64,000 nucleotides of DNA. Source: Takakia lepidozioides. Taxonomy: Eukaryota > Plantae > Bryophyta. The notes under the pieces were generated by a model. The model saw only the letters and a list, made by a program, of their open reading frames with translations. It had not been told where the DNA came from and did not search any database. Position 1 is the first letter of the stretch. Every line of letters begins with the position of its first letter. A program made the position numbers and the translations under genes. This document shows, piece by piece, positions 41,864-56,265 of this stretch. Where the stretch lies: NCBI GenBank assembly GCA_030704615.1, contig CM060732.1:43648001-43712000 (forward strand), given 5' to 3'.

Positions 41864-43904
41864 ATGGCGTCGCTTAATGGAACTTTGTTCACGGCACTCC
41901 TTGCATTTTTAGTGACGGCTCATTGTTGTGCTGCCCTTGAAATGGGAGCAATGCCTATCGACCTTTCAAGGAGAGGCCTAGTAGTGCACAAGGGAGATAA
42001 TTACGTGCGCACCGACAACAAAGTCGACAACACCACTGTAAGTGATTTGGGGGGGGAAAGAACGATCACATGTTTGAAGGTTTATCAAGATAAATTCTTG
42101 TCACCATGCAGTTCTAAACTCTTGGTCAACTTGACGTCTAGTGGACCCAATTTCCTAAGAACCTTGTTGGATGACATGCCCGTGACATGTCAAGGTCAGA
42201 TCAGTTTAATATTGCGACTCATATTCTCGCCTTCGAAAATGTGTTTGTTAAATTTCCAGGTCATTCGAGGTGAGCTGATCCACAGAGATCATCCATCGTC
42301 GCCACTTAGCCCATCAACACCCAAACCATTTTCAGAGAGGATTGCTGACGCTGTGAAGAGAAGTTTGGAGCGCAGGGACAACATTGCACGCACCATCAAG
42401 GCCACTGTAACAGGTCTGCAAAGTTCGGTATTAGCTGGTAACGGAGAGTATGTGATGGAGATCTCAATCGGTACCCCTCCACAGAAGTTTTCTGCCATTG
42501 TAGATACTGGAAGTGATCTGGTGTGGGTACAGTGTCTGCCTTGTACATCGTGCTACCAACAAACTGGCGCAAAGTTTGAGCCCGAGAGATCAGAAACATA
42601 CGAAGGAGTGGATTGCAGCAACAGTCTATGTCAGGTATAGCTAAGTATTGTATTTGGCGCTCCAATAAAAAGGTCTTGAATTCCAACTTAATAACTTGTT
42701 TGGTTGTCATTTGTTATTCGAGCGCCAATATGCAATGCGGGCGATGGTAGTTAATTAAACCAAATGCGATTTCCAATCCAAATTTGTGAAATATTTACAG
42801 TCTAGACTTTTTGCTCAACCCTATAATAACATCTGGAAATGCCATGTGATTGTCTCCAGGGCCTTCCTTCTCGAGCATGTGGATCCTACTGCCAGTACGA
42901 GTACATATATGGAGACCAATCCACCACGGCTGGGGACTTTGCGTATGAGACGGTCACCCTGGGCGAAACTGGAATCCACAAGGTTGCCTTCGGGTGCGGG
43001 CATGACAACCAGGGGTGTTTTTCAGGCGTTGGAGGACTTGTGGGTCTAGGACAGGGCCCTATTTCTCTCCCCTCCCAGCTGAGCTCAAGCATAACCAACA
43101 TTTTCTCTTACTGTTTGGTTAGCTTAACCACCGCCACAACGACAACGAGTCCCATATTCTTTGGAGATGTGACACCTTCATCAGGCATCCAGTACACCCC
43201 TTTGATCTCCAATCCTACCAATCCATCATTTTACTACGTGGGGGTGAACGGCATCAGTGTAGGAGGCCGAGATTTGAGTATCCCAGCGGGCACCTTTGAC
43301 ATCGATTCTTCGGGAAATGGAGGCGTTATTCTTGATTCTGGAACCACACTCACCTACTTGACCCAAAACGCTTATGACATCGTGAAGCAGGTTAGTCTTG
43401 TCAAACACTCTCTAAGATCAGTACAATATCAGCTCAGCTTGAAATGTGGACAATGCTTTAGCCTTCGTAACTAGTCATTTAGCGATACCTCGTTGTGCCT
43501 TGTTTCTCATGGTATTCGACAATCACATCCAAGTCCTATCGTCTTAATATACTGACAAATGTGTATCACTGTTGCTATATCTACAGGCCTTCCAGGGTGC
43601 AATCACCTACCCGACTACTGATGGATCTTCCTACGCACTGGACTTATGCTATGATGTTTCTCGAGAGGCCAATTATCCTACCTTCCCAACTTTGGTTATG
43701 CACTTCGCCAACGTTGATTACACTTCAACCCCTGAGAGCAATTTTGTGTTTGTGGACGACGCCAACACAATCATCTGCCTGGCCATGGTGAGCTGCCTGG
43801 ACTTCAGCATCATCGGTAACATCCAGCAGCAAGATCACCAGTTCGTGTATGATGTTGCAAACCGGCAGATCGGAATCGCTGATGTGCAATGTAACACCTT
43901 GTAG
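41864..43904 (+). CDS. Secreted aspartic protease, A1 family, nepenthesin/CDR1-like (~465 aa; exons 41864-42037, 42260-42634, 42860-43390, 43587-43904)
   Basis: Signal peptide; propeptide LIHRDHPSSPL; GEYVMEISIGTPPQ...IVDTGSDLVWVQC (first catalytic Asp); ILDSGTT (second catalytic Asp); C-terminal IIGNIQQQ. All three GT-AG introns are phase 0. Confidence 0.93.
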
Positions 43905-44475
43905 TTCCAATTGATAAGTTTGTGTGCAGGAACCACCTTGCTTGTCCGTAACACGTCTGGTCGCTGGGATCACGATTACGATCAAGTAGTTTAGGAACAT
44001 AAATAGGCACAGAAATAGGCACAGCAATGTACACTGGCTCTATATCCGCCAATGGTTTTATTCCATTTTTGAAACATATAAATCCTGTGACCACGGTTTA
44101 AAAACATAAAACCCCCATGACCATGGGTTGTGGTTATCCCATTTCTTTATATCCTGGGGGCTGGTATAACGTGAGCGGATCCAGTTGAGACCGAGTGGTT
44201 TTGTATTTATCTTTAATTTGATGTGAACAGGAATTGGTGGTCCAAAAGAAGCAGGTTATGAACCCATATATCTGGCATTTAAAATTGGAGGTTATAATCA
44301 GGATAGTAGCCGATTATTGCGTTCACACTCACATAAATGAGGCGGGTCATAGTCATGAGATGTTGCTTTCACTCCACATAAACGAGGCGGGTCGGTCCTG
44401 TCGGGACACGCATATTTGTAGCACCATATTTAACTAGGGTAGCCTGTGCCGCCCATGCGTGAAGAATTGAAATTT

Positions 44476-45430
44476 AAGCCCAAGTGCAATTTCCTATGTA
44501 TCCAAGTGCATCTCATATGTTAAGGCCCAAGTGCAATCTCTTATGTATCCAAGTGCTTTTCCTATGTAGAGGCCCAAGTGCGACCTCCAGTGTCATTCCA
44601 ACACTTAATTTTAATTTAGTTGCATTTCCAGCGACCAAAATTGTTCATATTTATATAATTCTCGTCCCGTAGGTCCAAATTTTGTGAAACCAAGTCGGTG
44701 CACCCGTATTCATCGAGGGTTTTCCAATGGTACCAACCAAGTGCAACCTCAAGTGTCCTTTCAACACTTGATTTTGTAATTTAGTTGAATTTTCAGCGAT
44801 CAAAATTGTTTATAATTCCATAAGTCTCGGCGTGTAGATCCATATTTTATGAAACCAAATCAGTACAGCCCTACTCATCAAGGGCTTTCCAACAGTACTA
44901 AAATCGTGGGCAAAGCCCCGTGGTTTGGGAGATCTCAACAACACTACAAACAATATTGTGAACGCCAATATGTCATAAAAACACCAACAGCAGCACAATT
45001 GGTTAGTGTGCTGAGTCCACCCAGATGATTCTGGGGTCAAATCCTGCTACTTGACGAGTGTGGTATACTCTTCTCTCCCATCCATGGGGGTGTCCCATTT
45101 ATCAGCCTCCATGGCGCGGTTACTATGAAAGAGGTTATTTTCTCCTCTCATTGTTAAGGGGCCTGAATTGTGGGCTGTCGCTCCAGGTGTTTCCCTTTTG
45201 GAAATATATATATATATGCACAAAAGACAAATGAAGGGCCAACCATTGTTCCAAGAAAGCACACTTTGCTATTTTTCACAAATTTCCAGCAACCAAAGTA
45301 CTTGAAATTCAACATCTCCCACACCGCAAGTCCAAAAATTATGAGACCAACTCGGTGCACCCCTTCTCATCGAGGGCATTCCAACGGTACCAAGCACCAG
45401 GGTTGGCCCTGCGGTTTGGGACATCTCAAC
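44476..45430 (+). repeat. Local repeat array: ~21-bp ccaagtgc...tatgt units followed by three diverged ~165-200-bp units, interrupted by a SINE
   Basis: The core gaaaccaagtcggtgcacccgtattcatcgagggttttccaatggtaccaa recurs with variation at ~44687, ~44853 and ~45343. Confidence 0.75.
44985..45198 (+). mobile_element. tRNA-derived SINE, copy A
   Basis: A-box-like agcacaattgg and B-box-like ggtcaaatcc. The body matches the inverted copy at 46206-46412 (shared aggggcctgaattgtg.gctgtcgctcc.aggtgtttccctt). Confidence 0.75.
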
Positions 45431-46205
45431 GCTACAAAACAAAACAAAACAAACAAACAAATGCAATTCATGCAAGCCCTGCCCTCTAGTAATTATGAAT
45501 AGATAGTAAAAATCTGGAAGATCACAGTGTTTATTAATAAATATCGTGGTAACAGGATTCGAGCTTTGAATCACCCGGGTGACACGTAGGGTAATATCCT
45601 CATTTATGGCATGCACAAGAAGTTGAACTCTAGACCTAAAGGCCAAACAACACTGGTTTTGACCATGAAATTGTTCATCCAAGGGATGCCATTCATTAGA
45701 AATATGGACACGATATTATGGTGACAACTGTCTCGATCGAATTGGAAGCATAATCAAGTATCGGTGCTAAAGCAGCTGAACCCTTTGCGTAGACCTGCCT
45801 TAGGAAGGCAAGGCCAACAAACTATCTTCTTGCTTCATATATTTGAATGGACACTTGCATTTCCTGCATTATCTACAATAGAAAATCTCAAAAAAAAAAT
45901 TTAAAAAAAAACTTCTAAGAGCACTCTTCTATGTTCTACCCAAATAATTGTAATTATTTTTTCATTAGTATCTTTAATACATTACATTTTTTAGTTTGGG
46001 TTATTTTATTTTTTAAATAAACTTCGATTTGTTCAATAAACGGATAGTGAACCGCCGGAGGCCATCCCGACATTTGTCCATTTGTCCATAACCGCATAAG
46101 GTTAAATTTTTGTATTTGTTGCGAACCAGTAGGATATGAAAAATGGAAAAGCTCCAAAACCCCATAGCCCAGAATGTGACCACAATTTTATTGTTATTTT
46201 TTTTG

Positions 46206-46412
46206 AAAGGGAAACACCTGGGAGCGACAGCTCACAATTCAGGCCCCTTGATAGTGAGAGGAAAAAATTACCTCTTTCAGAATAACCTCGCCGTGAAGGC
46301 TTACGCATGGGACACCGCCCAGAACATACCACAGCCATCAAGGTAGCAAGATTTGACCCCAGAACCATCTGGGTAGCACTAAGTGCACTTTCCAACTGAG
46401 CTACCAACTGTG
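46206..46412 (-). mobile_element. tRNA-derived SINE, copy B
   Basis: Minus strand has the consensus A box TAGCTCAGTTGG and the B-box-like ggggtcaaatctt; homologous to copy A over ~200 bp. Confidence 0.78.
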
Positions 46413-46943
46413 ACCACAAGACTAAAGTTAAAGTTAACAGGCTGATATTAAAAAAATCAAATAACCGCACAACACTGGTAATATCTGAGGACGCTTCCTT
46501 ACCCCATGAGAGGTCGAAGTCTTATATAAGTTACACTTGCTTCGGCAACGGGTTCACATTTGTTTTCAATGGAGAATCTAAAGAACAAATCACAGTAGAG
46601 ACCATTCGACCATACCTCGACATTTGCAATATTGTCTGGGAATTTTAGCATCTTTAACCTGGGCTTTGGAATCAGTTGTCTCACGCTTCCTGCACAGCCA
46701 CATACTTATGTGCACTCCACCCTATACTTAGCCTCCGACAACCTCTGCTGATGACGCAACTAGTCTCTCAACACGTCGATATTTTCTGTTGACTTGGCGC
46801 TCGCTATTCGTAAGGTGGCGTGGAAACCAGGACCGCTGGATTGTCTGTGTGGGTCTGGCTAGCTTGTTTCCTTTCGTGGTAACCCTCCATACACAAGGGC
46901 GTTCCGCATCTCTGTATCCTAGTGTGTTTCTTTTGTGGGAGCC

Positions 46944-49433
<2,490 letters not shown>

Positions 49434-50194
49434 GTCTACATCTACCTCAACAAAGCTTAGTTATGGGGATGATTACCTCACAGCTGCCCTTTCACATACT
49501 GACCATCTTGCTCTCCAGGTTGTATCGCATTTCTCGATGGAATCTCATATCGACAGTTGCCTCCTTGACAGAGGCAAGGAGGGATCACACTTGATTTAGC
49601 CCTTTGTTGTAGGTATCCTTTGATACCACAGTGAGTCTTCAGACACTGTAAATATGATATTTTGTAGGGTTAGATGTTTCTAGGAGGGAGGGTGGATTTG
49701 CTTTTATGGTGTATGCTCAAACAAAGGGCAAGTATTTTTATCACTTAATTTCCTTGGAGTAGTATGACACTTTTTAGGTACTGCTGATATATAATCATAC
49801 AATACAAAATATGCCACTTCAAAATCGCCCAACTCCAGGTTGCGTATCGCCGATCATTAACCCTTGGGTTGTTAGACATAATTGCCATGCTTCCTTTTTG
49901 TTGGCTGTACTATTTTCCCAGGAGCATAGTATACACCTGTCTATAAGCTCTTGGGAGAAGAAACTTTGATGTCAATGCTTGTCGAGAACATTTTGAAGTT
50001 GCTCATTGTGTCGGTAGGGTCACTGATGGGTTGCAATAGGTAGTTTGAGCTCATCTATAACATACTCACTTCTCCCTGATAGAGAGAATTTGGTCCCTGT
50101 CAGTATCATAGATTGTTTTGCAGCATGACATGAATATGGAATGACCTAACATATCCATTATGCGGTTGTGTCCCGTAGCACCAACAAAACTCAT

Positions 50195-50543
50195 TGTGAA
50201 CACATGATATGACTTCGCAGATTGGCAACTAATCAAAAAGAAATGTTGTGGGCCATTTAGAACTGGAGGCAACAATTTAAAAGTAATAATAATCCTTGAG
50301 AGCCCAGAAAATGCCTTAGAATCAGAAGTGGGCCTTAATATTGTTGTTCCTACTCTTGCAAGATACACTGTGAACACATGATATGACATCGCAGACTGGC
50401 AACTAATCAAAACAGAAATGTTGTGGGCCATTTAGAACAGGAGGCAACAATTTAAAAATAATAATAATCCTTGAGAGCCCAGAAAATGCCTTAGAATCAG
50501 AAGTGGGCCTTAATATTGTTGTTCCTACTCTTGCAAGATACAC
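50195..50543. repeat. Near-perfect ~174-bp tandem duplication
   Basis: tgtgaacacatgatatgac...cttgcaagatacac occurs at 50195-50368 and 50369-50543. Confidence 0.9.
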
Positions 50544-52661
50544 CAATTGACTTCATTATCTTCAGTATGCATCCGTCCCCCTTCTCTCTGGACTTCCTTG
50601 TACTTCTCTCGTGGTTACGCAGATGAACCATGAGCAAAGTATAATAGCACCTTTCTTGCATACCAAGCAGCACCTCGGCCGGCTCCTTGACCATGTACAC
50701 CAACTCAAATATAGCTTCCCTGAAAGGGTCCTTAGCCTTTTGTCTTGTGGCATCGCTGCTCCAATAATCCTTTCTGGAAGCCCTAGCTACAAGTTTATTG
50801 GCTCCTCCCTGAAGAGGAGACCAGGAGGGTAAGCAAGAAACCGATGCACCTTTGAGTGAAGAGACGAAGGTACATAACCATCCACAGTAGCTGGGGCCTC
50901 AAGGTCTTTTCTCTATTGGCTTGTGCTGTCAGGAAGGCACTGCAATGCATCCTCATCCCCTAAAACAACCAACATACAACTGGAGGAAGCCCACCTGCTG
51001 CACTACTTTCACATTTGTTGTAGTTTTCACCAGAATTGGAGTGCGATGTGGTGATTTGAATCGAAATAGCAGAAGTAATGCGAATGATGCAACAAGCTTA
51101 ATTGACAGGTTCAACAGGTTGACACTTGACAAAACAAGCAAGGTCTCTGAATTACTGAGCAAAGTCCTTGTATCGACCAGCTCAAAAACTCAGCTGCCAG
51201 ACAATTGTCTTTAAGTTGTTACAAAGCTCAGCTTCTTCATGGTATGAGTTATGGAAGCTTTCATTCAGATCCTCTTCCAGCAACACATAAAATGTCCATG
51301 CAGTGTACTCTCTCTCTATCGCAGGCACAGTGTCTCCAGGCCATTCAGTTCGCCTTTTTTGGTGTACAATGTACAATGTAGTCTGTTTTTGGTGTTGTTG
51401 TCTGTGCAATGTCTGGCTTCAAAATCGCCGTATGATGGCTTTGTGCTCAGCACTCAGCCACTGTACTTACTAAGATCAAAAGTTAAGAGTCCTTGAGCAG
51501 CTGCACCACAGTAAACAAGTTACAAACAAATCAGAAGTGCCTGCTCTGATAGGGTAACAATCTGCTTAAGCCATACAAGGTTTGTGCATTACAAGCTTCA
51601 CAAACATGTTGATAAAATTATAACTTCTACCTCTGCTACAAAGCAAACCTATAAAGAGGTAGCGAGGTACAGTACCTTTGGTCCCTGTATCTGCCTTGTC
51701 ATAGAAAGTGTCCTTCAGAGATATTACAATACTTTTAAAGCCCATACCATTTCCTTTAATGTCCTGGCCCTTGGCATCATCACGTGATTTTGACAAATGT
51801 AGGCCACAACTTTGGCCACTTTTAAGTTGTCAAAAGCAGCATCAACCTCATCAAGAACGACGAAGGGAGATGGGCGGAAGCTGCAGAGACCCCCCAGTAA
51901 AACAGAAAGCAAGTAATGGGTTATCAACAGTTGCCGTCTACAAATAAAGGTCTTGAGTTGGACTTCATTGACCAGGAATTATGTTGAATGAAAAATGCGA
52001 CCGTCATTGGTGGAACCACAGTATAATTTTGGTGGAACGATATTGTATCACATTGTAGATCAGCTTGACTGTGCCACCCAGTGTTCGCAGCTTCTCCTGA
52101 ATGGTTTCACACGAGCTGATTACAAAGGGATAAATGTCTGTGGAGGCAAGCGCTGCTCCTTGAGATACTGCAGACCCACCAGTATCCAAGCATGAGAAAA
52201 TGTGCGCATGCGACTCTCCTTGATGTCACAGCGTCCTCCAAAGACAACTACAAGATTTTTTACTTCATTGCCCACAATGCACTCCGCATTCCACCCCAAG
52301 TTCACAGTTGACTTATTTGACACATTCCTACCACTCATCATAAAGAAGCACAAGTAACCCAATTCACCCTCACCATCCTCAGTCAATTGGTGTTTCATCT
52401 CACAGACCTAGATGAAAGAGAACCCCAGCTTGAGACCTGAATGTTTCACCTTTATACAGTGATGTCATCCTCAACGATGACAGCGGCCATGAAACGGCCC
52501 ATTGCAACAGTTACGGCCCAATTGTACTTCTGTGTGGGTCTACACAGATCTGCCATTCGACCATGAACACCGGGAAATATCGCTTCAGGTTTGCCACAGC
52601 CTCTGCGACCTTTGAGTCTCGTTCACTCTCGCGCCTGTCTGCCTGATCAGTCTCAGAGGCT

Positions 52662-52936
52662 CCAGCAACCTCCTCTATCACCCAATCCAAGATTTCAACC
52701 TCCATCTCCAAGGATAAAATCTCGGAGGCTCCAATACTCTGATACAATGTTGGAGCTTGCGGCATCCATCTCTGATATAGAAGGGAGAGTCATTTCTCTC
52801 CCCCTCCAGTCGCCCTGGAGAAGAGTTCGACTCATGAATGAAACTATCATCTCCTCCACTGTTCCAAACCCGGTGGCCAGTTTTTATCGGAGATGGAGGT
52901 GGAAAACTTGGATTGGGAAATAGAGGAGGTTGTTGG
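52662..52936. mobile_element. ~275-bp MITE-like element inserted in an SMC1 pseudo-exon
   Basis: ccagcaacctcctctatcacccaatccaagatttcaacctccatctcc matches the reverse complement of ggagatggaggtggaaaacttggattgggaaatagaggaggttgttgg. It splits ENQLRE from ADRRESERD. Confidence 0.8.
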
Positions 52937-54619
52937 GTTCCCGCAGCTGGTTCTCTAACTCATCCACCTTCGCCTTTAAGCTCTCATTCCGAGTCCTGAG
53001 TGGTGTGTAATTCACAAGACAGTGGAAGGAAGTGTGATGAATAATATTGACACGAAATCCAACCATACTGGAACACTACACACTTCGGATTTTCTGGTCA
53101 TGTTCCTGTGCATCTCTTTGATTGCCTCTGATAGCAGACCTCCAAACTCAACTTTTCATCTAGACGACACTCCTTTCCCCTCAACACCCAGGAAAAGCAT
53201 TGTCAGTTTGCACACCTGGATTTGCGATGCCTGTCCTGCATGTGACTGAGTTCAGCCTGAACTGGGGAGTTCCTGTGTGTTCTTGGACGTGGTCTCCAAT
53301 AGTCTCTACACACGGCCATGTGCTTGCTCTTCCTGAACTTGCACTAATGAGAGTTGTGAGAGAAGTTGAATCAAGTTTCATAAGATGTCATGCAACTAGA
53401 TTGTAAGGCAGTATCTGATTAGCCTCTTTATTTAGTCTACCAAGAGTTGAAAGAAAGGATCAGGTGACAGCAACAACTCCAAGTCAAGAAATGATGTCAG
53501 AAAAAGACACGTTCTCAGTAACATATTTTTGGAAGGTTGGTATACTTCTTCTCAAGGTCTTAAGAGAGGGACTTGACCTTAACTATCCCTCATGGAAGAG
53601 AAGGCAGGTAAAAACATGTCATTGCAGAGGGTTCTCAACTTCACATTTGAGAGAAACATAATCAGAGCTTTGATATAAATTGTTTAGAAACCACGAACAG
53701 GGAAAGGAGATCGGAAATCTACAGCACGATCACCAGGATGTTACAGCAGCAATGGATGGGTTGAATGAGCAACAACAGAGGGAAGGCGGCGGCCGGCTGC
53801 ATTTGGCAGAGAACCAAATGGGTGAGTACCACCGGATGTAAGTGATAAGAAATGTTGCTTAGCATATTAAAGTTGCACTAGTGAAGGTAGCTGACCTTGC
53901 ACTATTGACAACCATTAGTTGGAGACAGACACTACGAAAGTCTTTACCAGCACTAGCTTCTTAGAGAATATATTCAGCTCGAAGGTTACAGCTGTTAGGT
54001 CATCTAGCACTTATTTGTTTGTATTTCTATCTTTGGATGTTCCTGGAGAGCTTGGGGTGGGGGCACAGAAGGAAAGATATTTGGATTGTCTGCAGGAAAG
54101 TCAGAGAGAGAGAGACCGGAGAAAGAGGGATGCCTGAGATTTTTTCTTATCTGCAGTAAAGAAGAGGCAGGCACAAAAACTGTGAAGCTGAGGTTAGAGA
54201 AGGAGGTGGAAAATCGCCACGAACAAGCTGATGGCGAGGCTCTACAAAATCTGCAACAGGAGCTTAGGCAGCTGACAGATCGTGATCAAGAGCGTATGTC
54301 TCAGGTACTCTCCAAGTAGTTCTTCACTCATTGGAAGTGCAGTACCCATGTTCAAACCAGTTGTTTAACATGTCCCATGCATCACCAAGGTATTTTATTT
54401 AGCATACAGTTCCATATGAAAGGTATACAGGGGAAAACACCCATGTTGACACCCTCCAAAGTAGTCTCCTTTTGCTGGAGAAGTGTGGTGTCCATGTGGT
54501 TATATAATCAGTATACAGAAGGATATTTTGGGTAATTTTCCTCTACATACCTGCATTATTCCAAAACAGTATTGGGATTCTTCTTTATGAGCTGCAACAC
54601 TGGTGCTCATCCTTCTTCG

Positions 54620-54941
54620 TATCTAAATCCTTGTCACAGTTTTTGATGTTTTAAGTGATGTGCTTAATTTCCTCTCTCAGCTTCAGCAGTTCTGGGTGCT
54701 ACAAAAAGATGTAACAGAAACAATGTTAAACCAAAAGTATGACATACACAGAAGGTTTGCGGTATGATGCCAAACCTGAATATCTAAATCCTTGTCACAG
54801 TTTTTGATGTTTTAAGTGATGCGCTTCATTTCCTCTTTCAGCTTCAGCAGTTCTGGGTGCTACAAAAAGATGTAACAGAAACAATGTTAGACCAAAAATA
54901 TGACATACACAGAAGGTTTGCGATATGATGCCAAACCTGAA
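54620..54941. repeat. ~161-bp tandem duplication containing an SMC1 pseudo-exon start
   Basis: tatctaaatccttgtcacagtttttg...gccaaacctgaa occurs at 54620-54780 and 54781-54941. Confidence 0.9.
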
Positions 54942-55787
54942 TACTGGAAAGCTTGCTAATTGGGGTTGCAAACATACATTTCACACTGATGCTACACATG
55001 TATCAAAGTGGACGAGTTGGTCTGGGCCTTTCTAGCTGGCAACACTAACTCTGAAGAATAAATCTTCCATCGCGAAGATAACACTTTCTACAAAGGGGAA
55101 TGGAAGTAGAGTAGAAGAGACTTAAAACCTGAGGGAGTGAACACCCTATGCAGCAAACTGATTGGAACTAATAGAAGAGAAACTTTCCGATAGCTTGCCT
55201 AAAAACACTAACCTTTTTGTCGAATTCATTTCTTTTCTTGGCTTCCCCTTTTCACAGTGAAGGGCTTCCTTAGTATATGCAGCTTGCTCCTTCTCCTTCT
55301 CTCTAATCTCCGACTCCAGCTTCTCTTGCTCCCTACTCAACTCTTCCAAATTTGCTCCATCCACCTCAAGCTCTGCCTGCGTACTATCACAATCTTTCTC
55401 TACATTGAAGAGCTGCCAGAGAAAGTACTTGTACTTGAGTGATTTCTGTAAACAATGCCAATACAGATCAATACTCTTAGGTTTCAGCACGAGCATGGAG
55501 AATCAATCCAAACAAATGGAAATATTGACAATCTTTGTAAAACAAATTTTTGCTTCCTGCAAGGACTTTCAAGCTTCAGGTGATGGGCACAATGTCACCT
55601 TCATACACAAATGCAACACTGACGAGATGTTTTACTATTTGGCTTAACACAATGCCTGGTAGCTCGAGAGTACCAGCTCCCCCTGCAGGCGCACGAGCGT
55701 CTCTGCCTCTTCTTTTGCTCCTTCTTCTGTTTCCTCTCCGCAGCAATTGTCCTTCTCCGCTGCCAAGAGAATGCTGACACCCGATGC

Positions 55788-56265
55788 TATTGGCAGTTAT
55801 CCGAAACGTTTTTTGTTTGTCCAATTATCAGGAAGGTAATGACTCGTGCCCGGTTTGAGGCTATACTACGCTGTCTCCATCTAGTGTTTAATCAAACTCT
55901 CAAACTGCCGATCGTTCAAGTCCTCACTATGACAAACTTGGAAAGGTAAGATGAGATAGTTGCTCGATGCAAAACACTTTGGGATTTGAACAAGATGGCC
56001 ACTGTGGACGAGGTAATGATTAGGTACAAAAGAAAGTACTGTGCAATTTGGCAGTACATGCCATGCCCAAAAAGCCAATGAAGTGGGGGATAAAAGTTTG
56101 GGCCCTGGCAGACATAGAAACGTCTTATGCTTATGACTTTGATGTTAATTGTGGTAAAAATGGCAGGCCTCAGGGCAGGTGGGAAAGGTGAGGGCTACGA
56201 CGTTGTCCGGGGCTCTCGTGTCTTCCTTGCATGGTTTGGGCCATGTCATTGTGACAGACAATTTG
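55788..56265 (+). mobile_element. piggyBac-type (DDE_Tnp_1_7-like) transposase relic
   Basis: Frameshifted translation gives YW...PIIRKVMTRARFEAILRCLH / HYDKLGKVR / TVDEVMIRYKRKYCAIWQYMP / KKPMKWGIKVWALAD...YAYDFDVNCGK / GHVIVTDN. This covers the first two catalytic Asp motifs of piggyBac transposases. Confidence 0.85.

Larger units (their letters stand above)
51453..55470 (-). pseudogene. SMC1: Intron-retaining, rearranged cohesin SMC1 pseudogene
   Basis: Fragments in SMC1 order: KYFLWQLFNVEKD (coiled coil), PELLKLREEI, TRNESLKAKVDELENQLRE, ADRRESERDSKVAEAVANLKRYFP..HGRMADLCRP (hinge), YLKEQRLPPQTFIPL, PSPFVVLDEVDAAFDNLKVAKV (Walker B/D-loop), FKSIVISLKDTFYDKAD, CSRTL.TFDLSKY. It has many stops and frameshifts; the N-terminal Walker A and most of the second coiled coil are missing. 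Confidence 0.9.

Noticed and set aside
44476-44600. CRISPR-like short repeat spacing
   Set aside because: Eukaryotic context, the spacers are themselves repetitive, and there are no cas genes; it is a minisatellite.
44985-46412. Functional tRNA genes
   Set aside because: No complete cloverleaf, degenerate B boxes, and a shared non-tRNA body indicate SINEs.
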